From Octopus vulgaris (lineage: Eukaryota), in NCBI GenBank assembly GCA_951406725.2, contig OX597814.1:190836001-190900000 (forward strand): a stretch of DNA of 64,000 nucleotides, in the 5' to 3' direction. The position numbers and the translations under genes are program-made. Of this stretch, positions 25,601-38,215 are shown in pieces. The notes under the pieces were generated by a model. The model made no database searches, was not told the origin of the DNA, and worked only from the letters and a program-made list of their open reading frames with translations. Position 1 is the stretch's first letter. Each line of letters begins with the position of its first letter.

Positions 25601-28576
25601 AGAATTGTTAGCATACTGGGCAAAATTCTTAGCAGCATTTCTTCCAGCTATTTACATTCTGAGTTCAAATTCTGCTGAGGTTGACTTTGCCTTTCATTCT
25701 TTTGGGGTTGATAAATTAAGTACCAGTGAATCTCCCTGTGACCAATATTAAGGGTATGTATGTTTGTGGAGTGCTCAGCCACTTTTATTCTTTTACTTGT
25801 TTCAGTCATTTGACTGTGGCCATGCTGGAGCACTGCCTTTAGTCGAATCAAATTGACCCTAGGACTTATTCTTTGTAAGCCTAGTACTTATTCTGTTGGT
25901 TTCTTTTGCCAAACCGCTAAGTTTACGGGGACATAAACACACCAGCATTGGTTGTCAAGTGATGGTGGGGGGACAAATACAGACACACAAACACACACAC
26001 ACATATACATATATGCTTCTCTATAACATTGTTCTTTCATAAACATACATTGAGGTATTAACCCTCTTACAATTTTTCAATATTTAAACATATATTGAGG
26101 TATTAAACCTTTTACAATTTTTTCTATATCAAAACATACATTGACGTATTAAACCTCTTACAATTTTTCAACACAGACCATTTATTTGGGCTAAAAAGTC
26201 CATTACAGATTAAAACATACTTGAGGCAATAAACCTCTCATAAGCAAGCCACTTACCACACAGCCACTCCTGCACCACTCCTGCTCATTAATTTTACAAA
26301 CTGGATGTTCTGTTGAATGGATCAACTAGAACTCTTATTGTCATAACTGATGGAGTGCCAGTTATTTTTTCTACTAAAGTGCAGTGAATTTGCCAGAATT
26401 ATTGGTGCAGAGAACAAAGTTGCCTGAAGAATTTCTTCTGCATTTTTAACAGATGGAATTCAAATCTTGCCTATGTCAACTTGGCTTTCCAACATTCATT
26501 AAATAAAGTACCAGTTAATATCTGGGGTTGATTTAATCAATTGTTCTTCTCCCCAGTATTTCTGATCATGTGTAAGAACTTAGTGGTAGTAGTAGTTGGT
26601 GTTGTTAAGCAACAAGACAGGTAAGGGTGATTAGATGATGGTCTAGGGTCCAAAGTCTTGAACAGCTGTCATTGTTGGTGGCGGCAGGCAGGCTATATTG
26701 TTAGCATGCTGGGCAAAATACTTAGCATTTCGTCTATCTTTACTTTCTGAGTTCAAATTCTGGTGAGGTCAACTTCGCCTTTCATCCTCTCAGGGTCGAT
26801 AAATTAGGTACTAGTTGAGTACTGGGGTCAATGTAATCAACTTAACCCCACCCCTAAAATTTCAGGCCTTGTGCCTATAGTAGAAAGGATTATTATTATT
26901 ATTATTTTTATTCAGATGGCAAGCTGGCAGAATTGTTGGTGTGCTGGACAAAATGCTTAGTGGCATTTCACCTGTACTTACATTCTGAGTTCAAATCCCA
27001 CTGAGGTCAACTTTGCTTTTCATCCTTTCAGAGTTGATAAATTAAGTACCAGTTACGTACTGGGGTCAGTATAATTGTCTTAACCCCTCCCCAAAACTTT
27101 TAGGCCTTGTGCCTATAGTAGAAAGGATTATTATTATTATTATAATGGACCAATTATGAGGTTTCGCCTGTAATTGAAAAAGGTATTATAAAAGGAGAAA
27201 GGGGCTCTCTACCCCCCTTTTGACCAAGCTCCCGTTGGCTTTTATGGGTTTTTCCACCAGGAACCTTTCGTAACGCCTCCCTCTATTGGGAGTTTTTCGT
27301 TGTTATATTGTTTGATTGTTACACTGTTTTTACACGATTTTTTCACAAACGGACAAAACCCTTTGTAACCTTTCGTCCTGTTTTGTCCTTTTATGTTTTC
27401 CAATCATGTTTGTCAGCCCTTGTGGCCAATAAAAAGAATTAATTATTATTATTATTAGGGTGCTTTGCCATGTCTTGGGGATGACAGAGTAATCCAGGAT
27501 TTTTTGCATGGGATTTACCCCAAATTATCCTAAGTGGACTCCTCCCACTATTAGGGATTCTAATTATCATTTTATGAATTTATTTATTTCTCTAATTTCT
27601 ATTTATATATCTTTTGTTACATCTTTTAATGTGGTAGTATCTCTCTTTAATTGATGTAAACGCCACATTTTTTTTTTGTGTGTGTTGTAATTTGTCCTTT
27701 GATATTGTCGCCCATGTGTTGGGCCCTTGTGGCTAATAAAAGAAATCATTATTATTATTATCATTATTATTATTATAGCACAAGATGCTTAGTGGCATTT
27801 TGTCTGCCATGATGTTTTGAGTTCAAATTCCACCGAGGTCGATTTTTGCCTTTCATCCTTTCGGGGTCAATAAATTAAGTGCCAGTGAAATACTGGGGTC
27901 AATGTAATTGACTAGACCCTTCCTCACAAATTTCAGGTCTTGTACCTTTAGTAGAGAGGATTGTTTTGGAGCCTGGTGCAGCCATCTGGTTCGCCAGACC
28001 TCAGTCAAATCATCCAACCCATGCTAGCATGGAAAGCGGATGTTAAACGATGATGATAATGATGATTAAGGTAGTGAGCTGGCAGAATCATTAGCACACT
28101 GGGCGAAATGCTTAGCAGTATTTTCTGTCTTCATGTTCTGAGTTCAAATTTCGCCAATTTCTTAATGGGGCCTGGTTTCTGTCTTTTGTTGTATTAGTGA
28201 TTGCATTGTGTGCTGTGTGCAGCACTGGATTAACCATTAAGCAAAATAAGCACGTGCTTAGGGCATCAAGGGAAAGAACGGGAACCACAGAAATGGTAAA
28301 TGGTTTATGGTACAAAAGAAATCACTTTCAACTTGCTAAACAGAGTCAATAAATTAAGTACTAGTTGCATACTGAGGTCAGTCTAATCAACTGGCACCCC
28401 CCAAAAAATTTGGGGCCTTGTGCCTAGAGTAGAAAATTATTGATGGTGTCTTGCGTAGGATGTCAGCTGTTCCTGGCAGGTCTTATTATCATTATGCTTT
28501 TCTTTAATTTATATAAGCTGCCCCCAAGTCTCAAGCAGAAACCTGAAGGAACAACAAGTTTTTGCATCTAAAGATG

Positions 28577-29018
28577 TGTAGTGACGTCATATTCCAGTGT
28601 GCGCACACGCAACGTCATTCTTCAGTGTTCGTGTGCGGAACGTCCTTCTTCAGTGTGCATGTGCGGGGTTGGAACCTTCTAGAACCTTCTGGAAAGGCAT
28701 AGGGAAGTTCCCTTATGCGCATGCGCTTGAGACTGAAGGGAACATTCTAGGGCGTTTCCTTAATAGCGCCGTCATGACCTGCTCTGTGGCTGCTGAATTT
28801 GTTGTAAGAATCTTACAAATGTTAAAATTCAGCCTTGCTATATCGAACCAAGTGGATACCAATATACCAACGTACTTCTTTTGTAAATAAGAAAATAAAG
28901 AGTTATGTATATGTTTTAAGGTTGCGTTTCTTGTTCCTGACTGGTAGTTTCTGGAATCTAAAGAAAGGAAATTGTGTTGCACCCCAAAAGTGTAAAGAAG
29001 CAACCAGTACCCTTTACA
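28577..29018 (+). mobile_element. Solo LTR (Gypsy-like), about 442 bp
   Basis: TGTA...TACA termini; 4-bp target-site duplication GATG (28573-28576 and 29019-29022); internal AATAAA near 28894; U3-like region with 28-bp tandem repeats and TF motifs. An alternative right end at 29036 has the same tttaca|gatg context. Confidence 0.7.
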
Positions 29019-29924
29019 GATGCAAACAGGTTTACAGATGCAACTGAAAAAAAATTAATGATAGGTGCAGGAATACCTGTGTGGTAAGTAGCTTGCTTAC
29101 CAATCACATGGTTCCAAGTTCAGACCCTCTGCATGGCACCTTGGGCAAGTGTATTCTACTATAGCTTCAAGCCGACCAAAGACTTGTGAGTGGATTTGGT
29201 AGATGGAAACTGAAAGAAGCCCATCGTATATATATATATATGTGTGTTTGTGTCTGTGTCTTTCCCCCCACCTATATTGCTTGACAACCGATGGTAGTGT
29301 GTTTACATCCCTTAACTTAGCGGTTCGACATAAGTGACCAATAGAATAAGTACTAGGCTTACAAAGAATAAGTCCTGGGGTCAATTTGATTCAACTAAAG
29401 GCAGCACTCCAGCATGGCCACAGTCAAATGACGGAAACAAGTAAAAGAGTTAATAAAATAAACTGATGTCTGCGTGTTTTAAAAACAAAATATCTCTTTA
29501 TAAAATTTATAAATAATTTAATGGATAAGATTGTATCAACAGAGTGAGGAATGTAAGTAAAACATCTGAGATGCACATAAATACAATCTTTTGCAATTTA
29601 CTTATTTCAAAGCTGCAAGGAATTTGGTTTGCATATTTGGTTGGCTTCTTTTGATATCGTTCCAATAGCAATGGCTACTGTTGTTTTGAGACTCCACATT
29701 CCTCTGATTTGCTTGATTTCTCGAAAGTTTTCAGAGATGATGATACTACTACTACTGCTACTGCTGCTGCCACCAAGGTTGATTTTGCCTTTCATCTTTT
29801 CGGGGTTGATAAATACTAGTTGAGTACTGGGGTCGATGCCATAGGCTGGACCTCTCCCCACAAAAATTTCGTTATTATTATTATCATCATCATCATCATC
29901 ATTATTATTATTATCATTATTATC

Positions 29925-30250
29925 ATGTTTTTTTTCCTTCTTTCTTCAAATTTTCTTCCGTTTCTCGCCGAGTGTTTTTCATACACCTAGGGCAGAGAAG
30001 CTCATTGTATACATTCCCAGATTACACACGCAAATTCACAGATAAAATATGTATTTAAAAATTAATAACTAAATAAATTCATGATTGGATGTTGTTTTCA
30101 CAGTGATAATGCTCTTCTCAGTACATGAGCCGTTCCAGTTAATACAATTTTTTGCACTTCCTGTAGGGATGGTAAGCCAGGAATCATTTTCAAATAGGTT
30201 TCAGTACCTTTTTTTATCATTCCTAGAGATCCTACAATCACTGGTACTGT
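29925..30250 (-). mobile_element. 3' fragment of an R4/Dong-type non-LTR element
   Basis: Closely similar to the 3' end of 33675-34545; flanked both sides by (ATT/ATC)n. Confidence 0.75.
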
Positions 30251-30569
30251 TATTATCATTATTATTATTAGTATTATTTTTATTATTATTATGGCACTGA
30301 GCTGGCAGAATCGTTAGCATGCTGGGTGAAATGTTTAGTGGTATTTCGCCTGTCTTTACATTCTGAGATCAAATTCCACCAAGGTCTACTTTGCCTTTCA
30401 TCCTTTCAGGGTTGATAAATTACGTATCAGTTGCGTACTGGGGTCAATCTAATTGACTGGCCCCTCCCCCAAAATTTCAGGCCTTGTGCCTATAGTTCAA
30501 AGGATTATTATTGTTGTTGTTGTTGTTATTATTATTATTCAATATTGAGGATGTTGTAATTGGTTTAAT

Positions 30570-30900
30570 TAACACACATGGGCATGCCTACAAAATCAGA
30601 AAACAACTCAACTCCCAAGACTTTCGGAAGCATTTTTTCACACTCAGAGTTGCTAAAGCATGGAACAAACTACCTGTTAGCTGCTGAGACATTGCATTCT
30701 TTAAAACCTCCATGATTCCTGAAATTCCCCAACACTACACCTGATATCCCACCAACTTCATATACATGCACACATGTATATCATGACTCATACACTGTTC
30801 ACTTTCCTGACATTTGTACATAATCCTCTGTATTATACATGCATCTTTGATAAGTTGTAGTGCACCTTAGCACTACAAAGAATAATTTCATTATTATTAT
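30570..30900 (+). mobile_element. 3' fragment of a CR1 LINE related to 2785-6120
   Basis: aacacacatgggcatgcctacaaaatcagaaaaca...ttgtagtgcacc...(ATT)n aligns with 5866-6120. Confidence 0.85.
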
Positions 30901-33189
30901 CAAGTAATATTCATAGCGCAAGAGGACATCTCCTTTCTTAGGGTTAAAAAGTCGCAATAGTGTTCACTCGAAGGGACAGCCATTTTAAAGTGGCTACAAA
31001 TATTACTTGTCAGTATAATTACTGCGTTGATCCCTTAGAGAGATTTTTAGAACTAGCATTTTTGATTATTATTATCATCTTCTATAAAAGCATTATTTTC
31101 TGTTGTTCATTCTGTTCTGACTTTGTATTGAGTACTTGAACTAAGTAAACAAGTTTTCTGTATTCTTCCCACGTTTGGATTATGGTCTACTTTTCTAAGG
31201 TTTGCTCCCAAATTCTTTGCCATAGTTCCCAGGATTACAACTCTGTTAATTTCCTTGTTCTAGCACAGTGGTTCCCAACCTGAACCCCTGGTGGTCCACA
31301 AAGGTAATACTGGGGGTCCGTGAACTAAATTCAAAATTTTGCATATATAATCAAAAATCAAAATGAAAATCAAATTTGATGACTGGTGTCCGTGCTAGCG
31401 GGGTGCAAAGAGCACCATACGAGTGTGATCATTGACAGAGTGGCTAACCGGCTTCCGTGCCAGTGGGACTTAAAAGGCACCATTCGAGCGCGATCGTTAC
31501 CAGTGTCGCCTTACTGGCACTCGAGCACCATCCGAGCATAATCGTTGCCAGAAGGGCTATCTGGCCTCCGTGCCGGTGGCACGTAAAAGACACCATTCGA
31601 GCGTGATTGTTACCAGCATTGCTTTACTGACACCTGTGCTGGTGGCATGTGCAAAAGATTCTAGCAAGGTCGTTGCCAGTACCGCCTGACTGGCCACATG
31701 CCGGTGGCACGTAAAAGCACCCACTACACTCTTGGAGTGGTTGGCATTAGGAAGGGCATCCAGCTGTAGAAATTCTGCCAGATCAAGATTGAAGCCTGGT
31801 GCAGCCATCTGGTTCGCTAACCTTCAGTCATTCGTCCAACCCATGCTAGCATGGAAAGCAGACATTAAACGATGATGATGATGATGATGATATATATATT
31901 TATATATATATATATATATATATACAGGGCCGGATTAAGACCCATCAGGGCCCTAAGCACTTAAAGATTTTGGTGTCCCCATAAAATATTATGTAATTCA
32001 ATATATAAACAATAACAAACCATAAAATAAATTTCTATTTTCCAAAAGCAAAACAAAAAGTAAGAGGGAAAATAATGTTTATTTTTGTATACTTCCACTT
32101 TATTTATATGTAAAAAGTTTCCTCCTACTTTTTTGAATTGAAAAGTCTTTGATTAGATCTTCAAAATAAATCTTATGTAACACATCTGCTTCTATACTTA
32201 GTGGAGATAAAGACATCCCAAATATTATTTTAGTGAGTTTAAAGTGATTTCTTTTGTACCATAAACCATTTACCATTTCTGTGGTTCCCCCTCCTTCCCT
32301 TGATGTCCACTGTTGGGAGCCACTCTGAAGAGATTGGGAACCATTGTTCTAATATTTAAGAATTTCACACTCCAAGGTGGTTTTGTTGTTATAATTACTA
32401 TTATTGTTAGCAGAAAAAGGCATGATGGCAGAATCATTAGCATGCTCGGTGAAATGGTTAGTGGCATTTCATCCATTTTCATGTTCTGCATTCAAATTCC
32501 ATTGAGGCTGACTTTGCCTTTCATCCTTACAGGGTCAATAAATTAAGTACCAGTGAAACATGGGGTTGATGTAATCGACTAGTCCCTTCCCACCCAAATT
32601 TCAGACCTTGTGCCTTTAGTAGAAAGGATTATTATTATTATTATTATTATTATTACCTCCACCCTAGCGAAGGCAGAGGTATTGTCTTCAGTTGTGTTTG
32701 TTTGTTTGGTTGTCTGTGGAAAAATATCTCAAGATCCACTGGATGGATTCAGATGAAACCTTTAGGAATGTTTGGCCTTGTGACTGGCATGAAATGATTA
32801 GATTTTGGGATTGATCTGCTGCTGGACAAGGATTCTGGATTATTTGTTATATTTACTTTACATGAAGTATTACAATCTTTGATTATCTCCCTTGAAAGCA
32901 TGCTCATGGTTTCCGCGTAACTTCTGGCGGCGTTGCTGTTTCCAAAGTTTTATTTTCATTTCTCTATTATTAATTTTACTCACTTCTCTATCTTTTAGAA
33001 ACTGATGGATAAAGAAATCAAACTACATAAACAAAAGGCAGGAAAACCATTCAGAAATTAAATAACACTAGCATATTCAGTAAAAATATTAAATTCAATT
33101 TATCCTTAACAATTTTGAATATATCACTCCTGTTTAAAACCTCTTACCTATTTGACAATTGCATTTCTAGCTCTGCTTTCAAGGAAGCT

Positions 33190-33380
33190 TTATTTCTTGG
33201 ACTCATGTTTTTGTGCGCAACGATGTTGTTAAACCTCCGTTAACAGCACCATATGCAGGTCCTTTCCGTTTTCTTTTATGCATGGATAAATTTTTCACTA
33301 CAGACCTTAATGGTCGCAAACACACCATATCAGTGGATAGACTAAAAAAGGCCATCATAGAGAAAATTGTCCCTGTTCCC
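33190..33380 (+). mobile_element. Gypsy LTR-retrotransposon integrase C-terminal (GPY/F) fragment
   Basis: HVFVRNDVVKPPLTAPYAGPF.......FFTTDLNGRKHTISVDRLKKA. Confidence 0.8.
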
Positions 33381-33674
33381 ACTGCAGACAACACACACAC
33401 ACAGCATTACAAACATGGCCTGCACACCCACCTTCACATTCCATGACTACCATCGGGATCAATCAGGTACAAGACAAGGATTCTGGATTATTTTTCCTGT
33501 CTTTTTTAATTTTTGTGAGCGGTTGGGTTCATTTTTAGTATTCTCATTTGGGAGAGCAGTCAAGTTTTTCAGATATTCTCATTTAAAAAATCATCTCTGG
33601 TGAATCATTGAGAGGACGTTGGTGTTGCCTTGCTGGAGGTTTGCCCTCTCTGAGTGCTCTTATTATTATTATTA

Positions 33675-34545
33675 TATTTTTTTTCCTTCTTTCTTCAAAT
33701 TTTCTTCTGTTTCTCGCCAAGTGTTTTCCATACACCTAGGGCATAGAAGCTCATTGTATGCATTCCCAGATTACACACACAAATTCAAAAATAAAATATG
33801 TATTTAAAAAATTAATAAATTCATGAATGGATGTTGTTTTCACAGAGATAACGCTCTTCTCAGTATATGAATCATTCTAGTTAACACGATTTTTTGCACT
33901 TCCCGTAGGGATGGTAAGCCTGGTATCACTTTCAAATAGGTTTCACTGCCTTTTTTTATCATTCCTAGAGATCCTACAATCACTGCTACTGTAGTCACCT
34001 TGAGATGCCACATTTTTACAATTTCTATTAGCAAGTCTTTATATTTACTGACCTTGTTAAATTTTTTTGCCACTATATTGTGATCGCAAGGAATACTCAT
34101 GTCAATTAATAAACACACCTTTTTTGTTTGATCTTTTATAATAATATCCAGTTTATTAGCTTCTATAGTTTTGTTGGTATGTATGGGGAAGTCCCCTAGA
34201 ATCGACACATTTTCTCCCTCAGTCACAGCTTCAGGATGATGTTTATACCATTTGTCAGCGGTTTTGATTTTATAATGCCAACATCTTGTCCAGTGTAAAT
34301 ACTGGCCGACTCTGTCATGTCTTGCTTTATATTCTACAGGTGCTAAGACTATACACCCTGAGATTAGGTGGTCTATAGTTCTATAGTTTCGGCATTTTGG
34401 GTCAGCTCCAGTTTTTATCACATTGGCTTGGTAGTTCCGGGCTAATAAGCTTTGGTCTTGAACAGCTAATATGAAACCTTCACTCTCTACTTTTAGCCCT
34501 GAGTTTCGTAACCATTGACGCATGTTTCTGGTCGACATCAGCTTG
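33675..34545 (-). mobile_element. 5'-truncated R4/Dong-clade non-LTR retrotransposon (zinc knuckle + restriction-like endonuclease)
   Basis: ORF 33840-34538: EGFILAVQDQ...KCR...TIDHLISGC..LA..EYKARHD...DIIIKD......LID..IP......K..KY.DL; embedded in TAA microsatellite on both sides. Confidence 0.88.
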
Positions 34546-34549
34546 TTTT

Positions 34550-34591
<42 letters not shown>

Positions 34592-36291
34592 GTTATTATT
34601 ATTATCATTCAGTAGTTTTATTTTTATAACGTGCTCTCACCTCACTACCGAGCACAGCTCTGTGTGCCTTGGGTATGTGCTGTGGTTTGGTTTGATGCTC
34701 TTATGGTTACTGTATTATAAGTGTTTTGCATAGGATGTGTGCAGTGCCAAGTAGTGCAATTTTCTGTATGTTATATATATTTGTAAGTCCTGGTGTTTTT
34801 GTTATGTATTTGTCTGAATATTTTTTATCATACCTAATGTACCTATTATTATTATTATTATTATTAATCCCAGCTCTTTACATTTTGAGTTCAAATTCCA
34901 CCAAGGTCAATTTTACCTTTCATCCCTCTGGGGTTGATAAAATAGAGTACTGATCTAGTACTGTAGAGGCTGATAGTATGGATCACTCACCCTTCCCTCA
35001 AAACTGCTGACCTTGTACCCAAACAAGAAACCATTATTATTGTTATTGCTATTGAAGAAAGGTAGCAAGCTGGCAGAACTGTTAGTGCTTCAGGCAAAAT
35101 CTTAGTGACATTTCTTCTGGCTCTTTAGGTTCTGAGTTCAAATTCCACTAAAATCAACTTTATTTTTCATCCTTTTAAGTACATGCAGACACATACACAC
35201 ACATATGGACATGGCAGGTTTCTTTCACTCTCTCTCTCTTTACTCTTTTTTACTTGTTTCAGTCATTTGACTGAGGCCTTGCTGGAGCACCGCCTTTAGT
35301 CGAGCAAATCGACCCCAGGACTTATTCTTTGTAAGCCTAGTACTTATTCTATCAGTCTCTTTTGCCGAACCACTAAGTTACGGGGACGTAAACACACCAG
35401 CATCAGTTGTCAAGCGATGTTGGGGGGACAGACACACAAACACACACACACACACACACATATATATGACGGGCTTCTTTCAGTTTCCGTCTACCAAATC
35501 CACTCACAAGGCTTTGGTCGGCCTGAGGGTATAGTAGAAGACACTTGCCCAAGGTGCCACGCAGTGAGATTGAACCCGGAACCGTGTGGTTGGTAAGCAA
35601 GCTACTTACCACACAGCCACTCCTGCGCCTGTCTATCAAATCTTCTCAAAAACGTTTTGGCCTGTTCGTTAGAAAACACTTGCCCTAGTGCAGTTCATTG
35701 GGACTGAACCTGAGATGACACGGTTGAGAAGCAAGCTTCTTAATGATTCAGTGGAAAACAAGTACTTCTTGAGGAGGAGCTCACTCCCAGCTCTTAGGAT
35801 GTTGTCCTCTTCACTTCTAGGCACTTAGTCGATGTTTTTGTTTTGGCAGTTATTGTTTAACAAGCTGCTATATAAGTGCCACAGTATGACATTCAAAGGG
35901 CGTTGGGAATAAATCTTAAGCTTCTTTCCTTGTCATTTGTATTTGAATCACAACCTGTGACATCAATATTGTTATTTTTTTATATTCTTTTATTCTTTTA
36001 CTTGTTTCAGTTATTTGGCTGCGGCCATGCTAGAGCACTGCCTTTTTGTTGAACAAATTGACCCCACCAGGACTTATTCTTTGTAAGCCTAGTACTTATT
36101 CTATCGGTGTCTTTTGCCGAACCCCTAAGTTATGGAGACATAAACACACCAGCATTGGTTGTCAAGCGATAGTGGGGGGGGGGGACAAACACAGACACAC
36201 AAGCATATACACACACATACATATATATGATGGGCTTCTTTCAGTTTCCATCTGAAATATACATACATACATATACAGTCATACATACATG

Positions 36292-36346
<55 letters not shown>

Positions 36347-36442
36347 ATATAGGGTGGCAAAAAAAATTTTGTAGAATTCTTTTGCCACCAGCGGCCTAGT
36401 AGGAAAAAATTAAAATAGTCATAGACCATTTTTAAGTTCAAC

Positions 36443-36689
36443 ATCAACAATAAAGGAACGGCCATAATAGGCCATTCACCCACTAGAAATAACAGCCAAA
36501 GCTTCAACCGCAAATAAAAGTTAATTCAGTAAACCAGGAGAAAATTTAAAAAACATTTACCCTGTAATTTACAGGGTAAATGTTTTTTAAATTTTCTCCT
36601 GGTTTACTGAATTAACTTTTATTTGCGGTTGAAGCTTTTATTGTTATTTCTAGTGGGTGAATGGCCTATTATGGCCGTTCCTTTATTGT

Positions 36690-36693
<4 letters not shown>
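36443..36693. repeat. Fold-back palindrome (arms about 125 bp) embedded in (TA)n
   Basis: atcaacaataaaggaacggccataataggcc...cctgtaa t ttacagg...ggcctattatggccgttcctttattgttgat. Confidence 0.9.
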
Positions 36694-36741
<48 letters not shown>

Positions 36742-38183
36742 AGCTTCTTTCAGTTTCTGTCTACCAAATCTATTCACAAGGCTTCGGTCGGCCTGCAGCT
36801 ATAGTAGAAGACACTTGCCCAAGGTGCCATGCAGTGGGACTGAACCCAGAACCATGTAGTTGGGAAGCAAGTTTCTTATCACACAGCCACTTCTGTACCT
36901 ATTGCTGTGGAAATTTCTAGTTTATATCAGGATTTTATTATTATTTTATATATATATATCTATAGATATATATATAAAAGTGTAGTTGTGTGGTAAAAAG
37001 TTTGCTCCCCAACCACATGGTTCAGGGTTCAGTCCCATTGTGTGGCACCTTGGGGCTGATCTATCTGAAATTACACTCTGTTATTATCATTTCTATTATG
37101 TGATTGTTTAAGTAATATTCTATTTGGTAAAGAAATGTTGCTTGTTTATGTGTAGTAACTTATAATTAATGGCTAAGATTTCTTTTATATATAAGCAATA
37201 ATAATCAGTGTATTCATGTATGAAAGATACTACTAAAATGTAAAGTTACAAGTGATAGACAGAGTGATAAAGAAATGTGTGTATGTGTGAGTTTGTTTGT
37301 CATATGTAAGTTAAATAGGGTTGCATTTTGTCCAACAAAAGTTTCAGTGACTCTTTGTTTTCTGGTCAGCAGATGGAAAAGGACTTTTTCTTTTCAATTC
37401 AATGACAATGTACTGTCAACAAAATGGATAATTGAATAGAATCTTGGTTCAGATAATATTTAATCTTATTTAACTCATATATGACAAAGATGTCAGCATT
37501 TACATAAGGGTGCTTTAAGCATGTTTTTTTATTTGGTTTTACAAGAGAAAAAAGTGAACAAAAACGATATGTGTGTATGTACATTATATATATGTGTGTG
37601 TGTGTGTATATATACATATATATGTATGTATTCTTTATTCTTTTACTTGTTTCAGTCATTTGACTGTGGCCATGATTGAGCACCACCTTTAGTTGAACAA
37701 ATTGATCCCAGGACTTCTTCTTTGTAAGCCTAATACTTATTGTGTTGGTCTCTTTTGCTGAACTGTTAAGTTACAGGGACATAAACACACCATTGCTTCT
37801 CCAGTAATGGTGGGAGGACAAACACTCAAATACACACACACACACATATATATACATACACACAGAAGTAAATAGACACCCCATAAACATTGTTGTATGT
37901 TTTTATTAACTTGAAAAGGTTTATATTTTTTCCTGTGCCGGTGGCACATAAAAAGTACCATTCAAGCATGGTTGATGCCAGTACTGCCTGACTAGCCCTC
38001 ATGCTGGTGGCATGTAAAAAGCACCCACTACACTCTCAATGATTGGTGTTAAGAAGGGCACCCAGCTGTAGAAACTTCGCCAGATCAGATTGAGCCTGGT
38101 GCTGCCTCTGGCTCATCAGTCCTCAGTCAAACCGTCCAACCCATGCCAGCATGGAAAGCAGACATTAAACAATGATGACAATA

Positions 38184-38215
<32 letters not shown>

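Noticed and set aside
26030-26240. Small degenerate tandem repeats (about 45-50 bp here; about 95-bp duplication at 22497-22755; 25-30 bp units at 53450-53700)
   Set aside because: Ordinary local slippage or duplication with no coding or structural signal.
20875-33061. Hypothetical small protein from joining donor 20903, exon 23941-24019 and acceptor 32998
   Set aside because: Needs an acceptor with no pyrimidine tract and gives no recognisable product. Kept only as orphan splice sites.
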